IMG/VR virus record: IMGVR_UViG_3300016722_000003
Location: 1 to 55,269 of that record
DNA length: 55,269 bases
Reading direction: 5' to 3' (one strand)
Origin: a virus
Lineage: Duplodnaviria > Caudoviricetes
Shown here: one piece after another, positions 18,339 through 27,401 of the stretch
Position numbering within the stretch: the first letter of the stretch is position 1
Layout: the number at the start of each line of letters is the position of its first letter
Translations under genes and position numbers: made by a program
Notes under the pieces: model-generated
The model's input: only the letters and a program-made list of their open reading frames with translations
What the model was told of the DNA's origin: nothing
Databases searched by the model: none

Positions 18339-19551
18339 GATTAGCCTTAGTTAAAACCTTATACTTGACTCCTGAAACAACCATACTAAGCGAAGATGCA
18401 TTTACAGGATTAACTACATAATCATAATCATCGGCAGTAGATTCTACTGCGTACTTAGCAGTTATATCAAGTTCACCTATACCAGCATATGTTCTACCAC
18501 CTGTTTTTTCAAAATAAATCGTATCAGTAATTATTCCTTCTGCTGGTATTCCAATTATTTGAGTAACATACCCATTAGTAGAAGGAGTAGATATAGCATC
18601 TCCTATAGGTATTGTTTTTGCGGAATCTGCATAAAATCTACCTGATATATTTCTAACATTACTTGTGGGAGAACCGCCGTTAGTGAATGTAATACCATAT
18701 ATACGAATACTATATGGTAGCTTTATTTGCCACCAACCTGTATATGAATCATCTGTATTCCAAGCATGCCCATCAGCATTTGCAGTCAAGATTCCGTCCA
18801 TTGCCAGATATGGGAAACAATCTGGTGCATAATTACTAGCAGTTACTACACCAAAACTTGTATTACTCGTTAAAATAGGCTGTGTCCAGTCTTGCCATTT
18901 GTAATAAGTAATTTTAGCTAATTTTGCATAGGACTGAATGGCAGGAACTTCTACCACATAATCATAATCGGAAACAGTAGCTATTGCAGCGTAAGTAGCA
19001 GTAATAGTTAGTCCTGAACAATGCACAACATCATCATTAACTGATGTTATATTTATCTTGTAATAGTTATATGCAGTGTTATTTCCACTTAAAACAATAT
19101 CAAAATTACCATTAGTAGCATTCGTAAAATTAACTATTGTCGTGTATGTAATACCATCATTTGAACCTTGAACATTGCCTGATTTTGGATAAGAATAATA
19201 CTTCTCCCACAATATATTGGTAATTTTTAACGCAATAGGATTATAAATGATTATCGATGCAGTAGATTTCCCTCTATAGTATGTAGAACTATTATTATCA
19301 AACATGTAGTAAGGCTCTTTGCCTGAAATACTACCTACAGTTCCCCATACAGCAAAATCAGTTCCACCCAATGCGCCATTGCTATTCAACACTGGCTGCG
19401 CCCAAGGAGTCCATTTATAATACTCTGTATATGCAGGTACCTTTACATTCAAATGATTATCCCCAACCTCAGCTAGAGCTGAATATAACTTAATAGCTTC
19501 TTGCGTTGAATCAAGTTTCAATAAATGAAGTTTCTTATTTAACTCTGCCAT
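18328..19551 (-). CDS. Tail fibre / receptor-binding protein with two discoidin-like modules
   Basis: Two modules bounded by YYKW.[PD]W.QP.L.SN and DYDYVV. Confidence 0.75.
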   Translation of the reverse strand: MAELNKKLHLLKLDSTQEAIKLYSALAEVGDNHLNVKVPAYTEYYKWTPWAQPVLNSNGALGGTDFAVWGTVGSISGKEPYYMFDNNSSTYYRGKSTASIIIYNPIALKITNILWEKYYSYPKSGNVQGSNDGITYTTIVNFTNATNGNFDIVLSGNNTAYNYYKINITSVNDDVVHCSGLTITATYAAIATVSDYDYVVEVPAIQSYAKLAKITYYKWQDWTQPILTSNTSFGVVTASNYAPDCFPYLAMDGILTANADGHAWNTDDSYTGWWQIKLPYSIRIYGITFTNGGSPTSNVRNISGRFYADSAKTIPIGDAISTPSTNGYVTQIIGIPAEGIITDTIYFEKTGGRTYAGIGELDITAKYAVESTADDYDYVVNPVNASSLSMVVSGVKYKVLTKANLAY

Positions 19552-20190
19552 TTATTCCACCCACAATTCTGATCCGTCCGGAAGCACTAAGTGTGCTGAA
19601 GCATTTTTCTTTATACAATTACCAGTTTGATCATTAGCACTTAAAACATCGTCCGTCATTGTAAGACCATCCCCCACCTTCACCAACCCTTTAACCGTAG
19701 AAGATGCAGACGGTATAGACTCTATCTCCTCATCAATAGAAGTTTTCATAGCTTCTACTACAGCCTTGGTAGTCGCAGGAGTCATTGTTTTTTCTGTATT
19801 AGTTCCTGCTTTAGCCTCTAATGTCGTTGCATTATTGGCAGTAGTCTCCAACGTAACAGCCTCTGAACCATCCACATCTACGTTGCCGGTAACAGCCCCT
19901 GTTAACTTTATATTAAATGTCTTTGCAAGTTTTTTAGCAGTGTCAGCATTGGCTATATTCCTAGTTAAATCCGCTATACAAACCCAGTTCTTAGTAGCTG
20001 CCGTTGCATCAACGAGTGCATATAAACAATTTGTTGATGTATTAAAACATAGTTGCCCTGTAAATAAGTTTTCTGTGGGAAAAGAAGTCCCACTGAAATT
20101 AGAAACTGCCGCTTCAATGCTTTTCTGCATTTTGGGAAGTGCTACATTCACGTAATCGGCAACATCTAATTGACTAAACTCTTGTGACAT
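19552..20190 (-). CDS. Tail fibre protein (proximal)
   Basis: NFSGTSFP..GQLCF, ADTAKKL...I.LTGAVTG and AS..VKGLVKVG fibre motifs. Confidence 0.75.
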   Translation of the reverse strand: MSQEFSQLDVADYVNVALPKMQKSIEAAVSNFSGTSFPTENLFTGQLCFNTSTNCLYALVDATAATKNWVCIADLTRNIANADTAKKLAKTFNIKLTGAVTGNVDVDGSEAVTLETTANNATTLEAKAGTNTEKTMTPATTKAVVEAMKTSIDEEIESIPSASSTVKGLVKVGDGLTMTDDVLSANDQTGNCIKKNASAHLVLPDGSELWVE

Positions 20191-20204
20191 ATTATCACCA
20201 TCCT

Positions 20205-22238
20205 TTAATAACCTTTGGAAGTCCATGAAATAGTGCCTTGTGCCCTATTCCAACTGCTATCCCTTATTTCTACTTCAAAATATCGTCCTTTAGCATCCGA
20301 CAAATCCGTACTAATCAGAATAGGAGTTAAAGCTCCTGTCCCTGTATTACCGCCTCTAAGAGTAATTTGCACTTCAGGTGCCGTATAATAGTTTTTATTG
20401 TAATACACCTTGGTTACAGCTTCAGTATCAGTTATTATTACTGTTCCCTTGTCGTTTATGTCATCAATATCAACATGGATTGCCGCATCATACAATATAG
20501 GCTCCGCTTGTGCAGCCACGCTTTCTATAATAAAACGTACTAGCGCACGCTGATACTCATAATCTCCCACCTTATAGTCAACAAAATTATCATATTCCGG
20601 TGGTGTATCAATAGCCTTTATGAATTCAGCAAGTGACATCTCTCCTGATTTTATGGCTATATTACTTAAAATAGCGTTACATGCACGGATAAAAGCTTCA
20701 GATACTTCAATTAACTCGTTTTTATTTATTCCATATTGTTTGCTGATATTATCAGCGAAAGATATGTTTTCATCAAACCTAAGTTTCGCCAAAAACTTTC
20801 TAACAAATTCATCGTTCAAAGAAAAACTTTCCGATGATACAGTATGTATATTTTTCTTCACTACTTCGTTTATGTCCACCCTATAGGACTTATTGATTCC
20901 ATAAAGTTTACTATTGCTCTCTGCCACAGAAATATCTTCTACTATATCCCGAATAAACTTGGTGCAATTTTTTATACCGTCAACCATTGTGACTACTTCG
21001 CTTTGGTTAACTTTTATTTGCTTGGCCACAGTTTCTACTATCTGACTGAGCTCTACTACGCTTTTACTAATAGCCTTGCCTGTTTTGTCAGTTAGGATGA
21101 TAGCTGCCTCATTATTCATTTTGCATATGCGCTTTTTAGCCTGATCCGCAACAGCAATTGTTTCTTTTATACCTCGCGAAAGGTCTTTGCTAACAGCGTC
21201 TTTTAAAGCAAAACTTTCAATGAAATTTAGCATATAGCTGATATAATCAAAATAAACTTCCGAAAAAGCAATGGTTTCTAAGCTTAGCTTATCAATTTTA
21301 TTATTTTGAGTTTCAACTGTCTTTATATTTGCGTTGTAAAGCGTTTTTATTGCCTTGCTAGTATTATCTGTTAGGCTTATTACTTCTGATTTGCTAAGGC
21401 TATAACTGTTGCTATTAGCTTCCTTTAAAAGCATAACCTCACTTACACTTCTAACAAACTTAGCACTACGTGTTATATTTTCAATAACCAGTGCTTTTTC
21501 AGATTTGTTTATCCGCATACCCTTTACTGCCTTCTCAGCAATATTGGCAAGCTCAAATAAATTCTTACTAAAACTTTTACCGGTACTGTCTGTTATGGCA
21601 ATACCGGTAGCTTTGTTTAAGTTGTAAAAGTATTTGTTTGTTTCAAGGATTTCAACATTTTCTTGGTAGAGTTTTGCCATACACTTGCGAACACCATCTA
21701 CAAGGTCAAAGCTTTCAGACAAAACCTTGTTTGTACGTTTCAGACTATCCTCTACTATTGAGATATTTTCGTTGCTGTTTTTAACTATGAATTTTCTGCT
21801 CGTATCATTTAGCAAGAAATTATCATAAAAGTTTTGAACAATATGCTTATCGTTATATTCCTCTAGGCAAAAGCTTTCCATAAAGCGAAGCATATATTTT
21901 ATATAGTCAATGTAGACTTCTGATATAGCAATGTTCTCTGAAAGCTTAGTAAAAACTCTCTTATTTGTCCTATCTGCTATAGAAATATTTTCAAGGATAT
22001 GTAAAACGAATCGAAGAACATTATGATACGTTTCATAAACTAAAACATGCTCTTTTAGAGCTTTGCCAATTGCTTTTTTTGCAATGCCACTTACCTCTAG
22101 GCCTTCGGTTGTCTCAGCAGTAAAAAGATACTTGCCAAATTCCTCAACAGCTCTGCTAGCTCTTTCATCGCTAAGATTAAAATCACAACCTTCGACGGTA
22201 TAATATTCAATTATTTTTTTGCTAACCGCCGTTGTCAT
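20205..22238 (-). CDS. Repetitive tail protein
   Basis: About 15-aa quasi-repeats with larger internal duplications; lectin-like C-terminal region; located in the tail module. Confidence 0.65.
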   Translation of the reverse strand: MTTAVSKKIIEYYTVEGCDFNLSDERASRAVEEFGKYLFTAETTEGLEVSGIAKKAIGKALKEHVLVYETYHNVLRFVLHILENISIADRTNKRVFTKLSENIAISEVYIDYIKYMLRFMESFCLEEYNDKHIVQNFYDNFLLNDTSRKFIVKNSNENISIVEDSLKRTNKVLSESFDLVDGVRKCMAKLYQENVEILETNKYFYNLNKATGIAITDSTGKSFSKNLFELANIAEKAVKGMRINKSEKALVIENITRSAKFVRSVSEVMLLKEANSNSYSLSKSEVISLTDNTSKAIKTLYNANIKTVETQNNKIDKLSLETIAFSEVYFDYISYMLNFIESFALKDAVSKDLSRGIKETIAVADQAKKRICKMNNEAAIILTDKTGKAISKSVVELSQIVETVAKQIKVNQSEVVTMVDGIKNCTKFIRDIVEDISVAESNSKLYGINKSYRVDINEVVKKNIHTVSSESFSLNDEFVRKFLAKLRFDENISFADNISKQYGINKNELIEVSEAFIRACNAILSNIAIKSGEMSLAEFIKAIDTPPEYDNFVDYKVGDYEYQRALVRFIIESVAAQAEPILYDAAIHVDIDDINDKGTVIITDTEAVTKVYYNKNYYTAPEVQITLRGGNTGTGALTPILISTDLSDAKGRYFEVEIRDSSWNRAQGTISWTSKGY

Positions 22239-22254
22239 AGTGTCTCAGCTCCTA

Positions 22255-22758
22255 TTAGGAAAGTGTGAATTGGAATGTAGTAGTTACTTCATCGTCTGCA
22301 GCTTTATTAATTACGGCAAAAGTTACACGATCTAAAAATATTCCACCTGTACTTGCATTACAAATACCGGCCTCAGTAATAGCCCCTGTAGCTTCTCCTG
22401 CGGCGAAATTAGTTGTAAAGGTCATAACCTTAGTTCCTGCAGCATGGCTATAAGCAGCTGCTTTCCTTGCTAGTTCAGTTACAAGCGTGGTTTGACTTGC
22501 TGCAGCCGCCGTTGTCCCTGTCCCAAGTGCCGTAAATCCCATGACTGCAGGACGACTAGCCGTAGCCCCAATAGAATTGCAGATGTGGTCGAACCCGACA
22601 TTTAAAATAAGATTATCCTTTCTAGTAACGGAAATATCACCGTTTGCTTTCTTCAGCGTCAAAATCATACTGCCTTTACATTTTAAAAACTCATCCTCTT
22701 TTCTCGTTTTTTTAATGCCATGACCGAACATTTTTTGTAAAAATTCTGCTAAATTCAT
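22255..22758 (-). CDS. Tail structural protein
   Basis: NLI.N.G, ALGTGTTA and ITEAGI..A..GG motifs typical of tail-collar/baseplate proteins. Confidence 0.7.
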   Translation of the reverse strand: MNLAEFLQKMFGHGIKKTRKEDEFLKCKGSMILTLKKANGDISVTRKDNLILNVGFDHICNSIGATASRPAVMGFTALGTGTTAAAASQTTLVTELARKAAAYSHAAGTKVMTFTTNFAAGEATGAITEAGICNASTGGIFLDRVTFAVINKAADDEVTTTFQFTLS

Positions 22759-22763
22759 TAAAA

Positions 22764-24578
22764 TCAGCTCCCTTGTAAAATAATTTTTGGATAAAGATAT
22801 AATTTATTAAAAACGCCTAACGGCGGTAAAGCTTGTTCCATACTTTGAATCTTTTGGCTGCTTTCCAAGTAAATAAATAGTTCTCTGTTTGTTGCTCCTT
22901 GTGACAACCCAAACATCAACCACTCACGCTCTGGAACTATTAAACTAATATCTGTGCGATTGCCAAAGCTATCGGCCATGTAAAAACAGCTACGCCTACT
23001 ATCAAACCCAATGCATAAAAAAGACACTTCATTACGAAGTGTCAGCAAAACGCAATCATTTAATTGTTGTATTTTTTTTAACCAAAACACCATGTTAAAT
23101 TCCCGTAGCATAGTATCCGGCAAATCGTACTCAACCTGGGTAGTATCGCCTACATATAATCCTTGTGCCCAACGGCTAGTACGAAAATCAGTAGCTTTCT
23201 TTGCTACCTTTGGCTCTATATCAGCACTAGTTTTAAGACTGTTATTAAGTTCAACTCCGAAAATTTCAGATGTATTAGGTCCTATATATCTAGCTATTTG
23301 TTGTTTAACAGTAGTTCCGTTAATATCTCCCATAACGCCACCCAAAACTAGGGTATTTCTAGCCTGATCACTATCAATAGGAAAGTCCATATCAATCCAC
23401 AACAAGTTACTGTTTGTTGCTCCAATAACCTTATATTCGCTCCAATTTCTAGCACGATATTTTTGAGGAAGTTCTACACTTGCAATATACTCACCGACTG
23501 TAGCAGACTTTTCTAGCTTTAGGCCATTGGAAGCAACATCATAATATAGATTAATTTTATTTCCACTGTAGGACATATCTGCTTGCTTAAAATCTAAAAT
23601 AACATTTTTGGAGCTATCCTCGGCATTATCCATTCTAAAGTATGCTGTATTTTGAGAATAATTATTATGTTCGTCAACCGCTTTTATAAGCAGATAATAT
23701 TGTCCGGTATTAGGGTAAGCCAACCGGTGTTTATTAATCTTTGTTGTAAATAGCTCTATGGACTTGTCCCAATCGGTAGTTTGCCCCACTTTTATTACGT
23801 ACTTAACCCCATAAATACTAATAGCATCCCAATAAAAATCAAGATTGGCAGCATTACGCTCTACTATGAACCCTGTAATGTCCGGAATAATGCAGTTAAT
23901 AATTCCTTTTTCACCGTCACCGAAACAATCATAGTACGCAACGGCAACCTTCTTTATGATTTCTGTAGTTTCATGCTTATACAAGTAGACATTATCAGTT
24001 GTCTGAGCCTTTTTAACTCCATTTATATAAATACTGGCACCTATGCAGTTATAAGGAATCTCAAGGAAAGTTATTAGCGTTCCTTCATTATTTTTCGTTA
24101 ACGCAATGTCTTGCGGAGCTTCCGGACGTGCCTTATTGTAGTTCAATATTGAAGCATTGGAATACTCATCATCTGTACTAATTGCATATAGATAAAGCGT
24201 TCCAACATACTGAGGCGGCATTTTAGTAGAAGTGTTGTCAATAGTCCTATCTAACAGTCCTGTATTGCTTCCTACATCCGTATTGACACGTAGCTCATAA
24301 CACTTTAATTTTGATATATCCGTAGGATAATCCCAGGTAAGCTCTGCACCATATCTATTGAATGTAAGGCTGAAATTTTTAGGAGTAGGAACATCTCCAT
24401 CGCTATCCTGACTTATTTCTTCTGCTGTGAAACCGTTAGCAAGGTTTATTTGTTCAGTAGCAGTTGCAAGATATGCCTTGAGTAAGCTCATAACATACCT
24501 TCCGTCACCTTGTACCGTGCTAGGAATACTAGGCACATCTATTATTTTTTTAGCAACCTCATCGCTCATTTGAATCAC
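22764..24578 (-). CDS. Tail protein with fibronectin III-like repeats
   Basis: P.P.NF.L, LTWD, YELR and IKAVD..NYS motifs. Confidence 0.7.
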   Translation of the reverse strand: MIQMSDEVAKKIIDVPSIPSTVQGDGRYVMSLLKAYLATATEQINLANGFTAEEISQDSDGDVPTPKNFSLTFNRYGAELTWDYPTDISKLKCYELRVNTDVGSNTGLLDRTIDNTSTKMPPQYVGTLYLYAISTDDEYSNASILNYNKARPEAPQDIALTKNNEGTLITFLEIPYNCIGASIYINGVKKAQTTDNVYLYKHETTEIIKKVAVAYYDCFGDGEKGIINCIIPDITGFIVERNAANLDFYWDAISIYGVKYVIKVGQTTDWDKSIELFTTKINKHRLAYPNTGQYYLLIKAVDEHNNYSQNTAYFRMDNAEDSSKNVILDFKQADMSYSGNKINLYYDVASNGLKLEKSATVGEYIASVELPQKYRARNWSEYKVIGATNSNLLWIDMDFPIDSDQARNTLVLGGVMGDINGTTVKQQIARYIGPNTSEIFGVELNNSLKTSADIEPKVAKKATDFRTSRWAQGLYVGDTTQVEYDLPDTMLREFNMVFWLKKIQQLNDCVLLTLRNEVSFLCIGFDSRRSCFYMADSFGNRTDISLIVPEREWLMFGLSQGATNRELFIYLESSQKIQSMEQALPPLGVFNKLYLYPKIILQGS

Positions 24579-24601
24579 CGTCCGTAAAATAATGCCATTT
24601 A

Positions 24602-25075
24602 TTATTGCATCCCACTGGCAATAGCTTGTTGTAAAGCCGTTGTTAGCGTAGTATCTTGAGAGATATCATACTCATTCTCGTTTAAAGCTAGCATAATGGC
24701 TAGCTTTACTATTACCTCATTAATTGCATCATGATTAATCGGTAAATTCGTTGTTTCAGCCGTTATCATGTCAGGCGTTGCAAAATACCTAAAACGAACA
24801 GACTCTATATCATCATCTATAATATCAACCCTGCCATTAGTCATTCTCAAAGGATAACTGCCGGCAGCTATCATAAAGTTTTGTGGCAAAGAATCACCAT
24901 TATGCACCGTCATTTCCTTAATTAGAGAGGGAAACCGTGCCGAAATTAGTAAGGCCGCTACCTGTTGCATAGCGGTATTAATAAATTCAATGCAACTATC
25001 GGTGGCATATTCATCCGATATGTCATGTCCTGCTGCCTTTATCCTTGCAATGGCTCTTTGTACTGTCATACTCAT
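24602..25075 (-). CDS. Head-tail adaptor-like protein
   Basis: Helical N-terminus with LP.NF motif; similar in pattern to 25091..25735. Confidence 0.6.
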   Translation of the reverse strand: MSMTVQRAIARIKAAGHDISDEYATDSCIEFINTAMQQVAALLISARFPSLIKEMTVHNGDSLPQNFMIAAGSYPLRMTNGRVDIIDDDIESVRFRYFATPDMITAETTNLPINHDAINEVIVKLAIMLALNENEYDISQDTTLTTALQQAIASGMQ

Positions 25076-25090
25076 GTAAAATCACTCCTC

Positions 25091-25735
25091 TTATACAATA
25101 AATGGCATACGTTGTTTGATTCTGCTGTACCTTCGATTTGGAACTAGGTTATCCATCAATCCCTTGACAGCTTCACCCAGTATGTCCGTATCAGTATTGT
25201 TTAAAATCATGCAGGTAATCTTTACCACACTGTCTAGAAATATGTCCGGAAGGTCTATTGTGCCACCATTTTGAATATCGCTAAACTTAACATCAGCAAT
25301 CTTTGCTCTGTACAACAAATCTACATCAACACCACAGTACAGCTTATTTGCGAAAATTTTATAACCATTCCAATGTACCTTTTCCACCGCTGGAATTGGT
25401 GACAAATGATACCCATCCTTTGCCCTAACTACGCTCACAAGAGAAATAAAATCATCGGGAAGGGAAACACCTGTAGTTGCAAAGTTAACGTATTCCTTGG
25501 GCGTTTCTCCCTCTGCTAGGGTACTGTTATACTTATCTATCTCAGCATTGATTTCATTTACCCGGTACTCATGTATCTTTTCAAGAAAATCAGAGTTTTT
25601 CATGGCAAAAGAATTATTAATATAACGAATACACTCACTAAGCGCATTAATAATGTCGTAGTCACTGAACAAAATCTCACTATTATCTTTCAACTTGCTT
25701 CGGACCATTTTCAATGCTTTTTTTACGGAAATCAT
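25091..25735 (-). CDS. Head-tail adaptor (tubular protein A-like)
   Basis: VRSKLKD...FSD..II.AL, LPDDF and IDLP motifs; located after the capsid gene. Confidence 0.65.
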   Translation of the reverse strand: MISVKKALKMVRSKLKDNSEILFSDYDIINALSECIRYINNSFAMKNSDFLEKIHEYRVNEINAEIDKYNSTLAEGETPKEYVNFATTGVSLPDDFISLVSVVRAKDGYHLSPIPAVEKVHWNGYKIFANKLYCGVDVDLLYRAKIADVKFSDIQNGGTIDLPDIFLDSVVKITCMILNNTDTDILGEAVKGLMDNLVPNRRYSRIKQRMPFIV

Positions 25736-25740
25736 TATTA

Positions 25741-26067
25741 TTACCTCGCTCCTTGAAAATATTTTCTTGTATGTAATACTGCAAATTCAGGGTGAACCTT
25801 AAAAAACTTAACAATCATTTTATGGTATTCACCCATATCGCCGTGATTTCTTGCCTTGTTAGCTTCCATGAGCCAAGGATCATATAGCCACATTTCTTCA
25901 GGGATAAACCCCATTTGTATAATTTCTGAGCTTCCATTTCCTGTTCTGCCACCATTCTCTGTAGCTTCTTGTGCTGCTTCCATTGCTTGCCCTATATCAA
26001 ACGTATTTCTGATACGTATTAGTTTCTTTTTTTTGTCCAAAACTTCTATCTGCTGTCTTGTTAACAT
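25741..26067 (-). CDS. Conserved phage head-module protein
   Basis: ATG behind an AGGGGAG RBS; MGFIP..W...HPEF pattern. Confidence 0.65.
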   Translation of the reverse strand: MLTRQQIEVLDKKKKLIRIRNTFDIGQAMEAAQEATENGGRTGNGSSEIIQMGFIPEEMWLYDPWLMEANKARNHGDMGEYHKMIVKFFKVHPEFAVLHTRKYFQGAR

Positions 26068-26091
26068 GTCTTTCTCCCCTTTTAACTTATT

Positions 26092-26127
26092 AAAAATAAA
26101 AAGGCACACCTGCATAGATGTGCCTTT
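26092..26127 (-). terminator. Terminator after the major capsid gene
   Basis: Minus strand AAAGGCACATCT-ATGC-AGGTGTGCCTTT-TTATTTTT. Confidence 0.8.
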
Positions 26128-26143
26128 AGTGTTTAAGCTAGAA

Positions 26144-27331
26144 TTAGCGTTTGATATTAATCAAAGAGCCGCTAGCCTTTGGTTGTGTTCCTTGCAAACC
26201 AAGTTGAGCTTCCAAAACGAATTCAGTATAACTACCTTTCTTTGCAAGGTCTTTTACTTCATGTGGTCGAGTTAAATATTTTGTTTCCCAATATTGCATA
26301 TCCATAAAGTCAATGCGGTTATCAGGATACATACGATGCGCTTCTGCCGTAATAGTACCAAAGTCAGATTGGAAAGTGTCAACCACAATATCCATTTTAT
26401 GCTCACCGGATTTGCGTTTGGTTTGTCCAATAGCTGATACGATACTAGAGAAACGGCGTTTCTTGGCACCGGACATGATAGCCTTTGTTGGATTACCACC
26501 ACGGTTATAGCACATTTGCATAACATCATTCATATTATCGGTAGATAAATCATCTGCGCCGCCAAGGTCAATGATATTGTTCTTAACAATTTTTAACCCA
26601 GTTCCAGTTGTGGTTGGTTTTACCTGTACGCTAGTATTGCCCTCAACTGCATCAGCTAAGGCATCATATAATGCGAACTTAGTCTCCGGAGTTGTTGCGT
26701 CCACTCTTACATAGTACAATAAACCCTGTTTTAAACCAGTAGGCATTGTATCAGCAATAAAATATACAAAATCGCCTGTAGTTAAGTTGTGTTTTACTGC
26801 ACCAGTGCTTACAATACCGTCAGCAACAGTTAAAGTGCAAGCAATGTTTTGCATGCTCATGAAATATGGAATACCACCTGAACGTGGTTTTACATTTTCA
26901 CTGCCAAGCTGTTTAACTTTGCCATTAACAAGCATATACTCCATATCTCGTGCTTGCCCAATCATGGCATTTTTGACTTGACGAACGAACTCATCTTGTT
27001 CGTTGTAGATTTTGTTAACCTTACGTTGCGTATCGGTTACATAACCTGTGTTTTGGAAGTTTTGCACGCAGTTGGAAAGCCCTTCCATAGAACCAACTTT
27101 TTGAGAAACGTAATCCTCTTTTTCCAAATGTGCATTGTCTTGCGGTGGGCGCAATCCCTCTGTCGTCCAACTAAACTCTGTAGCTTTGGCATCCGGAGCT
27201 TCTTTGAAACTGGACAAAAACTTAGTCTGTTCAGGTTCAATATTGATAATAAGCTTGGAATAGTCCTCAGCGTTTCCGTAGGCTTCGTAGGTCGCAGACT
27301 GTGAAGCACTAGGGTTTAAATCTCTTGCCAT
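26144..27331 (-). CDS. Major capsid protein (SU10/DUF5309-like) with an inserted domain
   Basis: ED.S..I.NI.P..T.F, N..Q.F, RDME..L..G and DT[F/Y].SDFG motifs; follows the scaffold gene. Confidence 0.85.
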   Translation of the reverse strand: MARDLNPSASQSATYEAYGNAEDYSKLIINIEPEQTKFLSSFKEAPDAKATEFSWTTEGLRPPQDNAHLEKEDYVSQKVGSMEGLSNCVQNFQNTGYVTDTQRKVNKIYNEQDEFVRQVKNAMIGQARDMEYMLVNGKVKQLGSENVKPRSGGIPYFMSMQNIACTLTVADGIVSTGAVKHNLTTGDFVYFIADTMPTGLKQGLLYYVRVDATTPETKFALYDALADAVEGNTSVQVKPTTTGTGLKIVKNNIIDLGGADDLSTDNMNDVMQMCYNRGGNPTKAIMSGAKKRRFSSIVSAIGQTKRKSGEHKMDIVVDTFQSDFGTITAEAHRMYPDNRIDFMDMQYWETKYLTRPHEVKDLAKKGSYTEFVLEAQLGLQGTQPKASGSLINIKR

Positions 27332-27360
27332 AAAAATCACCTCTCGTAAAAAATTTTATT

Positions 27361-27397
27361 AAATAAAAAAGAACAATAGCAATTCAATGCTATGTTC
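27361..27397 (-). terminator. Terminator-like hairpin between scaffold and capsid genes
   Basis: Minus strand GAACATAGCA-TTGAAT-TGCTATTGTTC-TTTTTTATTT. Confidence 0.55.
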
Positions 27398-27401
27398 CTT
27401 G

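Noticed and set aside
17961-20190. Diversity-generating retroelement or invertible shufflon acting on tail fibres
   Set aside because: No reverse transcriptase, no TR/VR pair with adenine-specific mismatches, and no inverted cassettes or dedicated invertase were seen.
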